From positions 1 through 64,000 of the forward strand of contig JAZAMN010000021.1 of NCBI GenBank assembly GCA_036229005.1: a stretch of DNA of 64,000 nt, given 5' to 3'. The translations under genes were made by a program, and so were the position numbers. Below, in pieces: positions 1 to 10,431 of this stretch. The notes under the pieces were generated by a model that worked only from the letters and a program-made list of their open reading frames with translations, was not told the origin of the DNA and searched no databases. This DNA is from Myxococcota bacterium (lineage in GTDB: Bacteria > Myxococcota_A > UBA796 > CAJQPC01). The number at the start of each line of letters is the position of its first letter. The stretch's first letter is position 1.

Positions 1-116
1 AGCGGGGCAAGCCACCCAAGGTCGCCTTGGTGGCCTCCATGCGGAAGCTGCTCACCGTCGTCTACGCAGTCGCGAACCAGGGTCATGGTTTCGTCGTGAG
101 ATCAGAAACCGGTTGA
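1..116 (+). CDS. IS110-family transposase/recombinase, C-terminal fragment (truncated by window start)
   Basis: Frame starting at nt 3 reads RGKPPKVALVASMRKLLTVVYAVANQGHGFVVRSETG* (TGA 114-116), matching the typical IS110 C-terminus (GKPxKVAxVAxMRKLL). Not in the ORF track. Confidence 0.85.
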   Translation, partial: RGKPPKVALVASMRKLLTVVYAVANQGHGFVVRSETG

Positions 117-134
117 CTGGACCAGCCGGTATCT
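1..134 (+). mobile_element. Right end of an IS110 (IS621-like) element ending in ...CCGGTATCT
   Basis: Short right end TTGACTGGACCAGCCGGTATCT after the transposase stop. It contains a -35-like TTGACT (113-118) and a terminal GTATCT with a CT core (133-134), as recalled for IS621-type donor ends. Confidence 0.7.
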
Positions 135-1177
135 CAGAGCCACTTCTTGTAGCGGAAGTAGGCCAGCAGCCCGCCGCTGGTGGCCACCATCAAACCCAGG
201 GCGATGTAGTAGCCGTAGCGGCTGTGCAGCTCCGGCATGTAGTCGAAGTTCATCCCATACAGACCCGTGATGAAGGTCAGGGGGATGAAGATGGTCGCGA
301 TGACCGTGAGCACCCGCATCTCGTCGTTGGTGCGGTTGGAGACCGTGGCGTTGTAGAGATCCAGCAGCGACTGGCAGGTCTCGCGCAGGATGTCGATGGT
401 CTCCACCTCCTCGGCCAGGTTGTCCGAGAGGTCGCGCAGGTAGGGCTGGGTCTGGGGGTCGATCCAGCCGTCCGGCGAGCGGGTGAGGGCGGCCACCGCC
501 TCCCGCAGGGGGCGCAGGGACTGTCGCAGGCGGCGGAGCTGTCGCTTGATGCTGTGCAACCGCTCCGGGGTGTCCGCGGGGAGTTCCTTGGGCTTGAGGC
601 TGTCCAGGGCGTCGACCTGCTCCTCCAGGGTCTCCAGCACGCCAAAGTAGTCGTCCACGACCGCATCCAGCAGGGAGTAGGCCAGAAAGTCCGCTCCGTG
701 GCGTCGCACCCGGGCCTTCGAGTCGCGCAGCCGCTTCCGCACCCCCCCGAACACGTCGCCGTCCTGCTCCTGGAAGGTCAGCACGAAGTCCCGGCCCAGG
801 AAGAGCGAGACCTGCTCGGTGTCCAGCAGGCCGTCCTCCTTGCTGTGGGTGACCATGCGCAGCACGACGTAGATGTAGTCCTCGTAGTACTCCGCCTTGG
901 GCCGCCCCTCGGGCTCCATGACGTCCTCGATGCTCAGGGGGTGGATGCCCCAGAGCTCGCCGATGCGCTGCACCACCTGCACGTCGTGGATGCCGTCGAT
1001 GTCCACCCAGGAGATCGACGACGAGCCCTCCAGGCTGCGCCGGGCCTGCTCCGCGCTCACATCGTCCAGCGCCCGCACGGTCGTGGGCGTGAACTCGACG
1101 AGGTCGATGTGGATGGGGCTGTTGCGCGGCTCGCCGGTGTACTCCGCCTTGCCGGGTGCCGCTCCTGGACGGGCCAT
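134..1177 (-). CDS. corA: Magnesium/cobalt transporter CorA
   Basis: YGMNF and MPEL signature, two C-terminal TM helices, HPLSIEDV motif. Confidence 0.95.
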   Translation of the reverse strand: MARPGAAPGKAEYTGEPRNSPIHIDLVEFTPTTVRALDDVSAEQARRSLEGSSSISWVDIDGIHDVQVVQRIGELWGIHPLSIEDVMEPEGRPKAEYYEDYIYVVLRMVTHSKEDGLLDTEQVSLFLGRDFVLTFQEQDGDVFGGVRKRLRDSKARVRRHGADFLAYSLLDAVVDDYFGVLETLEEQVDALDSLKPKELPADTPERLHSIKRQLRRLRQSLRPLREAVAALTRSPDGWIDPQTQPYLRDLSDNLAEEVETIDILRETCQSLLDLYNATVSNRTNDEMRVLTVIATIFIPLTFITGLYGMNFDYMPELHSRYGYYIALGLMVATSGGLLAYFRYKKWL

Positions 1178-1211
1178 GGGGTCTCCTGGGGGGAGGAAAA
1201 ATAGCGGGTGC

Positions 1212-4200
1212 TCAGATCACGGCAAGGCGCAACCTCTGGCCATCCAGCTCAAAGCCCCCCTTGAGGAAGCTGTCCTTCGCCGGCGAGGACAACGCGGGCT
1301 CGCCGCAGATCTCCTCCACCAGCAGGCTCTGCTCCAGCATGCGCTGCGCGGAGCGGGCCACACAGCGAGCGGCCTCGGCCAGCGCCTCCGGGTCTTCGGT
1401 GAAGGTGATGCACTGACCGGGCCGCAGCCAGAGCAGCAGGCGCCCTTGATGCAACACCACCAGGCTGCCCGCGCGCCGGCTGGGGCGGGTGGTCCCGGGG
1501 TGGCCGGGCCAGGGCAGCAGGGTGCCGTAGGGGTTGGCTGGATCCAACGCCGAGAGCAGCACGGGGGCGGCCTCCTGGGCCGGAGCGCGCAGCGCGTCCA
1601 CGGCGCCGGGCAGCGCGAACTGGGCCCCGCCCAGGCCGTCCACGAACCAGCCCCGCCGCAGCCGCCCGGCCTCCTCCATGGCGGCCAGCACCCGATACAC
1701 CGGGCCGAATCCGCCGCTCCAGCCCTCGGACTGCAGCGCCTCCCGGGTGCAGACGCCGTAGCGCTCCAGCAGCATCACCGCGCGGGCGTGCGTGCGCTCT
1801 GTAGGAGGGGCAGACTGTGTGGGGTGCAGGCTCTCCACCAGCCACCAGCGCCCGCCCGCCGCCAGGGCCGTGCTCCGCCGCGCCCGCAGACCCCGCCGCC
1901 GACCGCGCTGGCTGCGCTGGGGGGCTCGGAGCGCGCGCAGAGGGGCGGTCGTGTCGTTGGACACCAGCCCCCACCAGACCAGGTCCCACAGACAGGCCAG
2001 CAGCTCGTCCTGGGGTGGGCTGCCGCAGGCCGCCGCGATGCCCACAAAGAAGTCCGCGCCGTGACCGCGCAGGTGATCCAGGATGGCCTCGTGCAGCGCC
2101 GTGGTGTCCTCGGGTGGGGTCGGGGGCTCCAGCAGGACCGGGAGCATCTCCCGGGTCAGGAGTTGTACCTTCCCGTCCCGAGCGCCCAGAGCCCCTGCGC
2201 CCACCCAGACCACCGCCCCCATCGCGCCCAGCTCGTCCAGCAGCGCCCCGCTGTAGCCCTTCACCCGCAGCGGCAGGATGCGCCGCTCCCACTCCGACCA
2301 GGGCAGCGCCAGGCCCTCGAGCTGCTCGACGACCTCCAGCAGCCGCGCCTGACCGCCGCTCTTGCTGTCCACCCCCTGCCAGCTCTGGAGAAAACGTGAC
2401 AGCGAGGCCGCGTCCACCGCCGCGATCTCCGAGCGCAGGTGCGCCAGCGTGCGCCTCCTCAGCCGCCGCATCACCCCCCGCTCACACCAGTGTTCGCCCG
2501 GCTGCTCGGGGTGCAGGGGGCCGCGCACCAGCTTGCCCTCGCGCTCCAGCAGCTCCAGCACGCCCAGACACTGCGCCGCCGGCAGCGCCAGCCAGTCCGC
2601 GAGCGCCTGGATCGAGAAGGGGACGTGCGTGCGGGCGTAGCGCATCACGAGCTGTCGCAGGGGATCCGGGTGCGACTCGAGCCAGACCGAGGCCAGGCCC
2701 GGGGGGAGCACCACACCCAGCGCGTCCCGGTAGAGGGAGGCATCCTCGACCGCCACCAATACGGGCACACCGCCCAGGTGGGTACGCAGCACCCGCCTCT
2801 GTGAGATCAGCCCATCAACGAGGTCACCCGCAGGCAGAGCGCAGCGCGCCTGAATCTGCGACAGCTCCAGGTGACCCACCCGCCGCAGCAGGTCGTGGAT
2901 CCCGTCGGCGTGTCGCACCTGGCGGTCTTCGCTGAGCCACTGCAGCTCCGCCTGCACCTGGTGCAGGATGGCCGGCTCCAGCAGGGCCCGGATCTCCGCC
3001 TCGCCCAGCAGGTCGCGCAGCAGCTCGGGATCCAGGCGCAGGGCCTGCGCCCGCCGCTCGGCCAGGGGGGCGTCGCCCTCATACAGATGGGCCGCAACCC
3101 ACTGGAAGGACAGGCTCTGGGCCATTGGGCTGGGCTGCGCGGTCTCCACGTTCACCACGCGCACTTTGCGGCTGCGGATGTCCTCCAGCAGGCGCTGCAG
3201 GCCGGGCAGGTCGAAGTGGTCCTGCAGGCAGGCCCGGGTGGCCTCCAGCAGCATGGGGAACCCGGGGTACTGAAGCACGCCCGCCATCAGGGACTGGGCG
3301 CGCAGGCGCTGGGCCCACAGCGGGGTGCGCTTCCCGGGGCGCTTGCGGGGCAGCAGCAGGGCGCGGGCGGCGGACTCCCGGAACTCCGTCGCGAACACCG
3401 CGCTGCGATCGAGCTGTCGCATCAACAGCTCCTGCAGGGCCTCGGGGTCGGGCATGAGCACGCCGTCGGCGGGGAGCTCCTCGCTGTCGGCCAGGCGGAT
3501 GGCGATGCCGTCGTCGCTCACCAGGGTCTGGACCTCGAAGCCCACCTCCAGGTCGAGCTGGGCCTCGATGGCCTGGGCCCAGGGGGCGTGGATGCGCCGG
3601 CCAAAGGGGCTCAGGATGCAGATGCGCCAGTCCCCCAGCTCGTCGCGGAAGCGCTCCACCACGATGCAGCGGTCCGAGGGCAGCGCCCCGGTGGCCTCGA
3701 CCTGCTCCTGGACGTAGGCGAGGAGGTTCTGGGCCGCGAGGGCGTCCAGGGAGCAGCGCTGCATCAGCCAGGCTGTCGCATCTTCCGGGGACTGCTCCGA
3801 GAGCTGTCGGCAGAAGGCCCCCAGCGCCCGCCCCAGCTCCTGGGGTCTGCCTGGTCCCTGGCCCCGCCAGAAGGGCATGCGCGCGGGCTCCCCGGGGGCG
3901 GGTGTCACAAGAACCCGGTCCCGGGTGATCTCCTGGATGCGCCAGGTGCTCGCGCCCAGGACGAATGTGTGTCCGCGCCGGGACTCGTGCACCATCTCCT
4001 CGTCGAGCTGGCCGATGCGCGGGCCGTCCGGCGCGATGTGGACAGTGTAGGTCCCCCGGTCCGGGATGGTGCCGGCGTTGAGGATGGCGAGCTGCCGGGA
4101 GCCCCGGCGGGCGGTCAGGGTGTCCGTGTCCCGGTGCCAGGTCAGGCGGGGCCGCAGCTCCGCCGAGATGTCGGAGGGGTAGCGCCCGGAGAGCATGTCC

Positions 4201-5654
4201 AGGCAGGCCGAGAGGAGCTGACCCGAGAGCTCCGAGAAGGGCGCCGCCCGCTTGACCAGCGCGTGCAGCTCGGCCACCGACCAGTCGTCCTGCGACACCA
4301 TCGCCACGACCTGCTGACACAGGACATCCAGGGGGTTGCGCGGCAGGCGGGTGTGCTCGATCTCGCCGGCCTCCATGGCCATCGCGACCGCCGCCGCCTC
4401 CAGCAGGTCCCCCCGGTGCTTGGGGAAGATCCGCGCGACCGAGCGTTGCCCCACGCCGTGTCCAGCGCGACCGGCCCGCTGCAGCCCTCGGGACACAGCC
4501 CCGGGCGACTCCACCAGGATGACCAGGTCCACCGCCCCCATGTCGATGCCCAGCTCCAGCGAGCTGGTCGCCACGATGCCCTTGAGCTTGCCTTCCTTGA
4601 GGCGCTCCTCGATGAAGGTGCGGCGCTCGTGCGCCACGGACCCGTGGTGGGCCATCACCAGCTCGTGCCCGGCCAGCTCGTTGAGCTTCTGGGCCAGCTT
4701 CTCGCAGAGGATGCGGGAGTTGGTGAACAGGATGGTGCTGTTGTGTTTTTGTATCAGCTCCAGGATGTGGGGGTGCAGCGCCGGCCAGATGCTGCGGTCG
4801 TCCTGGCCGTCGCGGTCCCAGGGCAGCACCGCGTCGTCATCCTCGGCCGCTTCGGGGGCCTGCTGGGGCTCCAGATCGGCGGGCAGCGCGGTGGCCCAGG
4901 GGCGCGTCATGTCGCCCATCGGCACGCGGATCAACAGGTCCAGGTCCGGGCGCTGCGAGGCGTCCACGATCCGCACCGGCCGGTCGCCGCCCAGGTAGCG
5001 CGCGACCAGCTCCAGAGGCCGCTGGGTCGCGGAGATCCCGATGCGCTGCGGCTCCTCCTCACACAGATGCGACAGCCGCTCCAGGGACAGCGCCAGGTGG
5101 GCGCCGCGCTTGGAGCCCGCCATGGTGTGGATCTCGTCGATGATCACCGCCTGCACGCTGCGCAGCGTCTCCCGCGCCTGCGAGGTCAGCATCAAATACA
5201 GAGACTCCGGGGTGGTGATCAGGATGTCCGGCGGGTGACGCTTGATCGCGGCGCGGGCCTTCTGGGAGGTGTCTCCTGTGCGCACCGCGTGGGTGATCGA
5301 CCGCAGAGCCTGTCCCTGTCGCTCCGCCAGGCGCTGCAGACCGTGCAGAGGCGCCCGCAGGTTCTTCTCCACGTCGTAGACCAGCGCCTTGAGGGGCGAG
5401 ATGTAGAGCACCCGCACCCCCGGCTCGGCCTGCTCCGGCAGCCTGGCCAGCCGGTCGATCGCCCACAGAAAGCCCGCCAGGGTCTTGCCCGAGCCCGTGG
5501 GCGCCACCATCAGCGTGTGCTCCCCCCGCGCGATGGCCGGCCACGCCTGCTCCTGCACCGGGGTCGGGGCCGCGAACACCGCCTGGAACCAGGCCTGGGT
5601 CAGGGGGGAGAAGGGGGTCAGGGCCGCTGGGACCTCGCCGATGCTCGTGTTCAT
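1212..5654 (-). CDS. lhr: Lhr-family DEAD/DEAH helicase, long form with C-terminal winged-helix/glycosylase-like region
   Basis: APTGSGKT, DEIH, SAT, ATSSLELGID, QRAGRAGH, GTIPDRG, GQLDEEMV; C-terminal DPANPYG. Start moved to ATG 5654 (MNTSIGE). Confidence 0.92.
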   Translation of the reverse strand: MNTSIGEVPAALTPFSPLTQAWFQAVFAAPTPVQEQAWPAIARGEHTLMVAPTGSGKTLAGFLWAIDRLARLPEQAEPGVRVLYISPLKALVYDVEKNLRAPLHGLQRLAERQGQALRSITHAVRTGDTSQKARAAIKRHPPDILITTPESLYLMLTSQARETLRSVQAVIIDEIHTMAGSKRGAHLALSLERLSHLCEEEPQRIGISATQRPLELVARYLGGDRPVRIVDASQRPDLDLLIRVPMGDMTRPWATALPADLEPQQAPEAAEDDDAVLPWDRDGQDDRSIWPALHPHILELIQKHNSTILFTNSRILCEKLAQKLNELAGHELVMAHHGSVAHERRTFIEERLKEGKLKGIVATSSLELGIDMGAVDLVILVESPGAVSRGLQRAGRAGHGVGQRSVARIFPKHRGDLLEAAAVAMAMEAGEIEHTRLPRNPLDVLCQQVVAMVSQDDWSVAELHALVKRAAPFSELSGQLLSACLDMLSGRYPSDISAELRPRLTWHRDTDTLTARRGSRQLAILNAGTIPDRGTYTVHIAPDGPRIGQLDEEMVHESRRGHTFVLGASTWRIQEITRDRVLVTPAPGEPARMPFWRGQGPGRPQELGRALGAFCRQLSEQSPEDATAWLMQRCSLDALAAQNLLAYVQEQVEATGALPSDRCIVVERFRDELGDWRICILSPFGRRIHAPWAQAIEAQLDLEVGFEVQTLVSDDGIAIRLADSEELPADGVLMPDPEALQELLMRQLDRSAVFATEFRESAARALLLPRKRPGKRTPLWAQRLRAQSLMAGVLQYPGFPMLLEATRACLQDHFDLPGLQRLLEDIRSRKVRVVNVETAQPSPMAQSLSFQWVAAHLYEGDAPLAERRAQALRLDPELLRDLLGEAEIRALLEPAILHQVQAELQWLSEDRQVRHADGIHDLLRRVGHLELSQIQARCALPAGDLVDGLISQRRVLRTHLGGVPVLVAVEDASLYRDALGVVLPPGLASVWLESHPDPLRQLVMRYARTHVPFSIQALADWLALPAAQCLGVLELLEREGKLVRGPLHPEQPGEHWCERGVMRRLRRRTLAHLRSEIAAVDAASLSRFLQSWQGVDSKSGGQARLLEVVEQLEGLALPWSEWERRILPLRVKGYSGALLDELGAMGAVVWVGAGALGARDGKVQLLTREMLPVLLEPPTPPEDTTALHEAILDHLRGHGADFFVGIAAACGSPPQDELLACLWDLVWWGLVSNDTTAPLRALRAPQRSQRGRRRGLRARRSTALAAGGRWWLVESLHPTQSAPPTERTHARAVMLLERYGVCTREALQSEGWSGGFGPVYRVLAAMEEAGRLRRGWFVDGLGGAQFALPGAVDALRAPAQEAAPVLLSALDPANPYGTLLPWPGHPGTTRPSRRAGSLVVLHQGRLLLWLRPGQCITFTEDPEALAEAARCVARSAQRMLEQSLLVEEICGEPALSSPAKDSFLKGGFELDGQRLRLAVI

Positions 5655-5788
5655 TCTGGCAACTTGGCACGGGCCCCCGATCTGGACAAGGTGAGCCCCG
5701 GGGGACTCAAGGCCCCGTGGGATCCATCCGACCCCCCAGAGAGGCGCCCCCCAGCGCACGTCCTCTTCGACCCTTTCCGGAGCCCGAG

Positions 5789-7786
5789 ATGTCGCCCCTG
5801 TTCCTCCTCTCTCTCTACGCCTGCACCCCTGAGAGCACCGAGCCTGCCGAGACCACCACGCTGGAGGGGCCGGTAGACGAGGACGGGGACGGATACTCCG
5901 TCGAGGTGGACTGCGACGACGCGGATCCCGCGATCCACCCGGGCATGCAGGAGAGCTGCAACGGCGTCGACGACGACTGCGACGGGACCCTGGACGAGGA
6001 GCCCCAAGACGGGGTCGTCTACAACATCGACGCCGATGGGGACGGCTTCGGCAGCGCGGCCTACACGGTCGCAGCCTGTGATGGCCCGCCCCAGGGCTAC
6101 GTGGACAACGCCGACGATTGCGATGACCTGGAGGCCGGCGTGTTCCCGGGCGCGCCCGAGACCTGCAATGGGCTGGACGACAACTGCGATGGGGCCGTCG
6201 ATGAGGGGATCGAGGGCAGCGCCTACTTCCAGGACAGCGACGGGGACGGCTACGGCGATCCGGGGGTCTCGGAGAGCTTCTGCGCGCCGGTCGAGGGCTG
6301 GGTGGTCTCCGACCAGGACTGTGATGACGGCGATCCCGCCGTGAGCCCGGACGCGGTCGAGGTCTGCGGGGACGGCATCGACAACGACTGCGACGGCACG
6401 GGCAACGGCTGCGGGCTGGCGGGCGTGGCCAGCGCGGATGACGCGCGCACCGTGCTGCTGGGCGCTGCGGCGGGGGACCTCTTTGGGGCCCCGGTGAAGA
6501 ACGTCGGCGATCTGAACGCCAACCGCCTGGACGAGCTGGCTGTCTCCGCGCGTGGGTCGGACCTCGGCGGCGAGGACGCTGGGGCGATCTACCTGTTCCA
6601 GTGGCCGATCAGCGGCGGGACCTACGACGCGGGCAGCGCGGACGGGGTGCTCGTGGGGGAGGCCCCGGGCGACCAGGTGTTCTCCGTGGTCGGGCTGGGC
6701 GACTCCAACGGGGATGGGAAGGGGGACCTGCTCATTGGCGCGCGCGGCAACGATGATCGGGCCGAGGACGCGGGCAAGGTCTACTTCTGGTCGGGTCCGG
6801 TCGCCGGCGAGGTCTCCTTGGCCGACGCCGACGCGACCTGGACGGGCGTGGGCGCGGGGGATCAGACCGGCCTTGTGATGACCGGCGACTTGAACGGCGA
6901 CGGCCACCAGGACGCGCTGATCGGGGCGCAGAAGAACGACAATGGGGGCACCGACGCGGGCGCTGTGTTCGTGGTGCATGGGCCCTTCGGCGCGTGGCTG
7001 GGGGACCAGGGGCTCTACTCCGCGAACGCCTTCATCAAGGGCGTGGCCGGCAGCCAAGCGGGCGGCGGCCTGGCGTCGGTGGGGGACCTCTCCGGCGACG
7101 GCATCGAAGACCTGCTGATTGGGGCCCCCTACGAGAACAGCGGCGGACAGCAACGGGTCGGCGCGGTGTACCAGCTCAATGGCCCCGTGACCGGCACCGC
7201 TCGGGTCACGGACATGGCCGACGCGCGCTTCCACGGGAGCGCCGGGGACGAGGCCGGCTGGGGCATCGCGTCCGCGGGGGATGTGGACGGGGACGGTGTC
7301 GTGGACTTCATGGTCAACGCCCAGCGCGCGGACTCGGAGGGCGGCGGCGGGAATGAGGGGGCCGTGTACGTGATCACCCAGGACTGGTCCTCGCAAGAGG
7401 ACGTCTCCCTGGACGAGACCTGGATGCGCATCAACGGAGCCGCGGCTGAAGACCGGCTGGCCGCGGTGTCCGGCGGCGGGGACTTCAACGGTGACGGCCA
7501 CCCCGACCTGGTGGTGGGCTCCCGCTGGCACGACAGCTCCGGCGAGGATGCTGGGGCGAGCTGGGTGCTCTACGGGCCCTTCACCGGCGGCACCTTCAGC
7601 GTCGAGGAGCTCCCCCACACCCGCATCGAGGGGGCCGCAGCCGGCGATGGCTTCGGCGCTCCGGGCGGGTCCATCGGCGACCTGAACGGCGATGGGGCCG
7701 ATGAGCTGGTCATCGGGGGGCGCTGGAGCGACGAGGCTGGCGAGGACGCCGGCGCGGCCTACCTCTTCCTGGGCGAGAGCCTCTGA
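5789..7786 (+). CDS. Lipoprotein with 3 MopE-like Cys/Asp metal-binding repeats and an FG-GAP (integrin-alpha-like) propeller
   Basis: [12 protein letters not shown] lipobox; three DCDD..PG..E.C.G.D.DCDG units; multiple GDLNGDG..DLLIGA repeats. Confidence 0.85.
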   Translation: MSPLFLLSLYACTPESTEPAETTTLEGPVDEDGDGYSVEVDCDDADPAIHPGMQESCNGVDDDCDGTLDEEPQDGVVYNIDADGDGFGSAAYTVAACDGPPQGYVDNADDCDDLEAGVFPGAPETCNGLDDNCDGAVDEGIEGSAYFQDSDGDGYGDPGVSESFCAPVEGWVVSDQDCDDGDPAVSPDAVEVCGDGIDNDCDGTGNGCGLAGVASADDARTVLLGAAAGDLFGAPVKNVGDLNANRLDELAVSARGSDLGGEDAGAIYLFQWPISGGTYDAGSADGVLVGEAPGDQVFSVVGLGDSNGDGKGDLLIGARGNDDRAEDAGKVYFWSGPVAGEVSLADADATWTGVGAGDQTGLVMTGDLNGDGHQDALIGAQKNDNGGTDAGAVFVVHGPFGAWLGDQGLYSANAFIKGVAGSQAGGGLASVGDLSGDGIEDLLIGAPYENSGGQQRVGAVYQLNGPVTGTARVTDMADARFHGSAGDEAGWGIASAGDVDGDGVVDFMVNAQRADSEGGGGNEGAVYVITQDWSSQEDVSLDETWMRINGAAAEDRLAAVSGGGDFNGDGHPDLVVGSRWHDSSGEDAGASWVLYGPFTGGTFSVEELPHTRIEGAAAGDGFGAPGGSIGDLNGDGADELVIGGRWSDEAGEDAGAAYLFLGESL

Positions 7787-8073
7787 GTGTCCGCTGAGTG
7801 GGGGCCCGCTCCAGTCGGGGGCGGGGCCACCGCCGCGCGGGCCAGGTCGACCGCCCCCAGGATCCCCCGGGCGTGGGGCAGGAAGCGCGCCCCTGCGTCC
7901 GTGAGGCGCACCCCGCGGGCGTGTCGCTCGAACAGCGGGCTCCCCAGCTCCTCTTCCAGCGCCCGGATCTTGCGGGTCAGGGGGGGCTGGGAGATGTGCA
8001 GCCGCTGGGCAGCGCGCACGATGGCGCCCTCTTCCGCGACGGCCACGAAGCTCTCGACTTGATCCAGGGACAT
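7759..8073 (-). CDS. Stand-alone LysR-type HTH protein lacking the effector domain (104 aa)
   Basis: [61 protein letters not shown] is a canonical LysR HTH plus linker helix, then the ORF ends. The 3' end overlaps the convergent gene by 28 bp. Confidence 0.8.
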   Translation of the reverse strand: MSLDQVESFVAVAEEGAIVRAAQRLHISQPPLTRKIRALEEELGSPLFERHARGVRLTDAGARFLPHARGILGAVDLARAAVAPPPTGAGPHSADTQRLSPRKR

Positions 8074-8125
8074 GGGGGCAATCTGGCACGGCCCCGGGGG
8101 GGCGGCAAGTGGCGCTGAGCCCGCC

Positions 8126-8140
8126 ATACCCACACAGTAT
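8126..8140. promoter_or_regulatory. LysR-type binding box ATAC-N7-GTAT
   Basis: ATACCCACACAGTAT between the divergent LysR-HTH gene and map; fits the T-N11-A / BenM-CatM type dyad. Confidence 0.7.
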
Positions 8141-8175
8141 TGGTCCCCGCTCGCCGCGCCCGGCACCTTGGGGGC

Positions 8176-8934
8176 ATGTTCATCCCCCGACTCTCCGCCT
8201 CCCAGCTCAAGGGCATGCGCCGCGCAGGCGCCTCCGCCGCCCGCACCCTGGCCCACGCCTGCGCCCAGATCCGCCCCGGACTGGACCTGGGGGCGCTCGA
8301 CCAGCGCGTCCGCGCCCACACCGCCGGCGAGGGCGGGACCCCGGCGCAGCTCGGATATCAGGGCTTCCCCGCCAGTTTATGTGTCAGCCCCAACCAGGTC
8401 GTGTGTCACGGCATCCCCCGTCGCGGGCAGCGGCTGGCCGAGGGCGACATCGTGAACCTGGACGTGACCACCTGCCTGCGCGGCTGGCACGGGGACACCA
8501 GCCGGATGGTGGCGGTTGGCCCCATCTCCCCGGAGGCCCAGCACCTGATCCAGACCACCGAGCGCGCTATGTGGGCGGGCATCCGGGCCATCCGGGTGGG
8601 GGCCCCGCTGGGCGTGATCGGCGACGCGGTCGAGCGCCTGGCCCAGGCCGAGGGCTGCGCAGTGGTGCGGGATTACGGGGGCCACGGCATCGGTCGGCGC
8701 ATGCACCTGCCCCCCCACGTCCACCACCACGCGGGCACCGGTGGCCCCACCCTGCGCGAGGGCATGTGTCTGACCGTCGAGCCCATGCTGGTGCTGGGCA
8801 GCCCCGAGCTCCGCACGTTCGAGGACGGCTGGACGGTGGTCACCGCGGACGGCAGCTTGGCCGCCCAGTTCGAGCACACACTGTGTGTCACCCGCGACGG
8901 CCCAGAGGTGCTGACCTTGCCCCCGGACACCTGA
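8176..8934 (+). CDS. map: Type I methionine aminopeptidase
   Basis: [48 protein letters not shown] motifs. Confidence 0.93.
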   Translation: MFIPRLSASQLKGMRRAGASAARTLAHACAQIRPGLDLGALDQRVRAHTAGEGGTPAQLGYQGFPASLCVSPNQVVCHGIPRRGQRLAEGDIVNLDVTTCLRGWHGDTSRMVAVGPISPEAQHLIQTTERAMWAGIRAIRVGAPLGVIGDAVERLAQAEGCAVVRDYGGHGIGRRMHLPPHVHHHAGTGGPTLREGMCLTVEPMLVLGSPELRTFEDGWTVVTADGSLAAQFEHTLCVTRDGPEVLTLPPDT

Positions 8935-8973
8935 GAGCTTGACCCTCATCGCAGATGCAGGCTTTGATGCGAC

Positions 8974-9894
8974 ATGTCCGCTCTGCTTCAGCTTGTCCTC
9001 GCCTGCGCCAGCCAGCCTGACTGGGTGTTCGACGCCTGCGAAGATCCCGAGTGGGTGTACCAGGGAAGTGTCTGGCGGACGCAGCCCCTCGGAGACCAGG
9101 TCTTTGTGCTGGGGGCACAGATGCTGACCCGCGTGGACGGTGGGAGTCCGACGCAGCTCACCCCGCCATTGGAGAGCGTGGAGCAGGTGTTTCTGTATCA
9201 GGACCGGCTGTGGGCCAGCGACTGGCGGGAGGGCCTGGCGGTGTGCGATCAGGAGGGCTGGCGGCTCGTAGAGACCCCGCCGCTGGGGGGAGAGTCCGGT
9301 GATCGCCTCAAGCCCTTCGTGCTGGAGCGGGGCCTGGTGATGGTGGGCAGCTTCAACCCCGACCCCGACTGCACGGTGGGGGACTGCAGCGCCGGCTACC
9401 AGGTCAGCGTGTGGGAGGACGGCGTCTGGGAGTCCATCGCAGGGGGCGGGGCGCTTGAGATGCGCGTGGTGCGCGGTGTGCTGTGGGCGCGCATGGACGG
9501 CGCGTGGCAGGTGCTGGAGGAGGAGGGATTCTGGTCGCCCCTGGATCCGGCCCTACCCAAGCAGCTCTGGGTCGACCCCACCGGGGAGTGGCTGGTGGGC
9601 CGCGACGAGGACGGGCTCTGGTGGGCTGGGCCCCCGGATGACCTCACACAGATCCCCGCCCCCGAGACCCACGAGGCCACCCGCGACTGGCGCGCGGTCA
9701 CCGTGGTCGGCCCGGGGGACTACCTGCTCAGCGACCTGGAGGGCACCTGGCGCTACCAGGACGGGGCGTGGACGGCCTTGCCGCTGGCGGAGGGGAGCTG
9801 GCCCAAGAGCGCGAGCGCGGCGGCGGACGGCGTGCTGGTGACGGACCCGCCGCAGTGGGTGGATGCGTCGGGGGCGCGGGCGCTGGAGCTCTGA
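8974..9894 (+). CDS. Hypothetical Trp-rich lipoprotein, probably a beta-propeller
   Basis: MSALLQLVLAC lipobox; repeated short Trp/Gly beta-strand units; host-like codon use. Confidence 0.6.
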   Translation: MSALLQLVLACASQPDWVFDACEDPEWVYQGSVWRTQPLGDQVFVLGAQMLTRVDGGSPTQLTPPLESVEQVFLYQDRLWASDWREGLAVCDQEGWRLVETPPLGGESGDRLKPFVLERGLVMVGSFNPDPDCTVGDCSAGYQVSVWEDGVWESIAGGGALEMRVVRGVLWARMDGAWQVLEEEGFWSPLDPALPKQLWVDPTGEWLVGRDEDGLWWAGPPDDLTQIPAPETHEATRDWRAVTVVGPGDYLLSDLEGTWRYQDGAWTALPLAEGSWPKSASAAADGVLVTDPPQWVDASGARALEL

Positions 9895-9960
9895 GCCGGA
9901 TCGCCAAGCCTGATCCACCCCCCCCTTGCCGCCCCCCGCAGCGGTGCTTTTCCTGATCCC

Positions 9961-10398
9961 ATGAACAAGCACACCTACCGCTGCTCCCACTGCGGAGGCC
10001 TCAACCAGGTCCCCGCGAGCCGCGTGGCCGAGGGCCCGCGCTGTGGTCGATGCAAGACCCCCCTGAGCCTGGACAACCCCCCCTTTGACGTGGACGACGC
10101 CGGGCTGGCCAAGCTGGTGCGCCAGTCGCCGGTGCCCGTTCTGGTGGACTTCTGGGCGCCCTGGTGCGGGCCCTGTCGCACGGTCGCCCCGCACCTGGTG
10201 GAGCTGGGCAAGCGCAAGGCCGGGCGCATGCTGATCGCCAAGGTCAACACCCAGAACCACCCCCACACGGCCGCCGCGATGCAGGTGCAGGCCATCCCCA
10301 CGCTGGCGATCTGGAAGGGCGGTCAGGTGGTGGAGCGGCAGCCGGGGGCGCGCATGGGGCTGCAGCTCGATCAGTTGGTGGATCCCCACATCCTTTGA
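9961..10398 (+). CDS. trxC: Thioredoxin 2 with N-terminal zinc finger
   Basis: CSHC...CGRC zinc finger; VLVDFWAPWCGPC active site. Confidence 0.92.
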   Translation: MNKHTYRCSHCGGLNQVPASRVAEGPRCGRCKTPLSLDNPPFDVDDAGLAKLVRQSPVPVLVDFWAPWCGPCRTVAPHLVELGKRKAGRMLIAKVNTQNHPHTAAAMQVQAIPTLAIWKGGQVVERQPGARMGLQLDQLVDPHIL

Positions 10399-10431
10399 AT
10401 GTGGAAGCCCCAGATGGAGTAGGGGGGAGCC

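Noticed and set aside
5665..8098. TGGCACG motifs at 5665 and 8084 as sigma-54 promoters
   Set aside because: Neither has GC at the required GG-N10-GC position; they fit better as the opposite-strand context of -10-like boxes.
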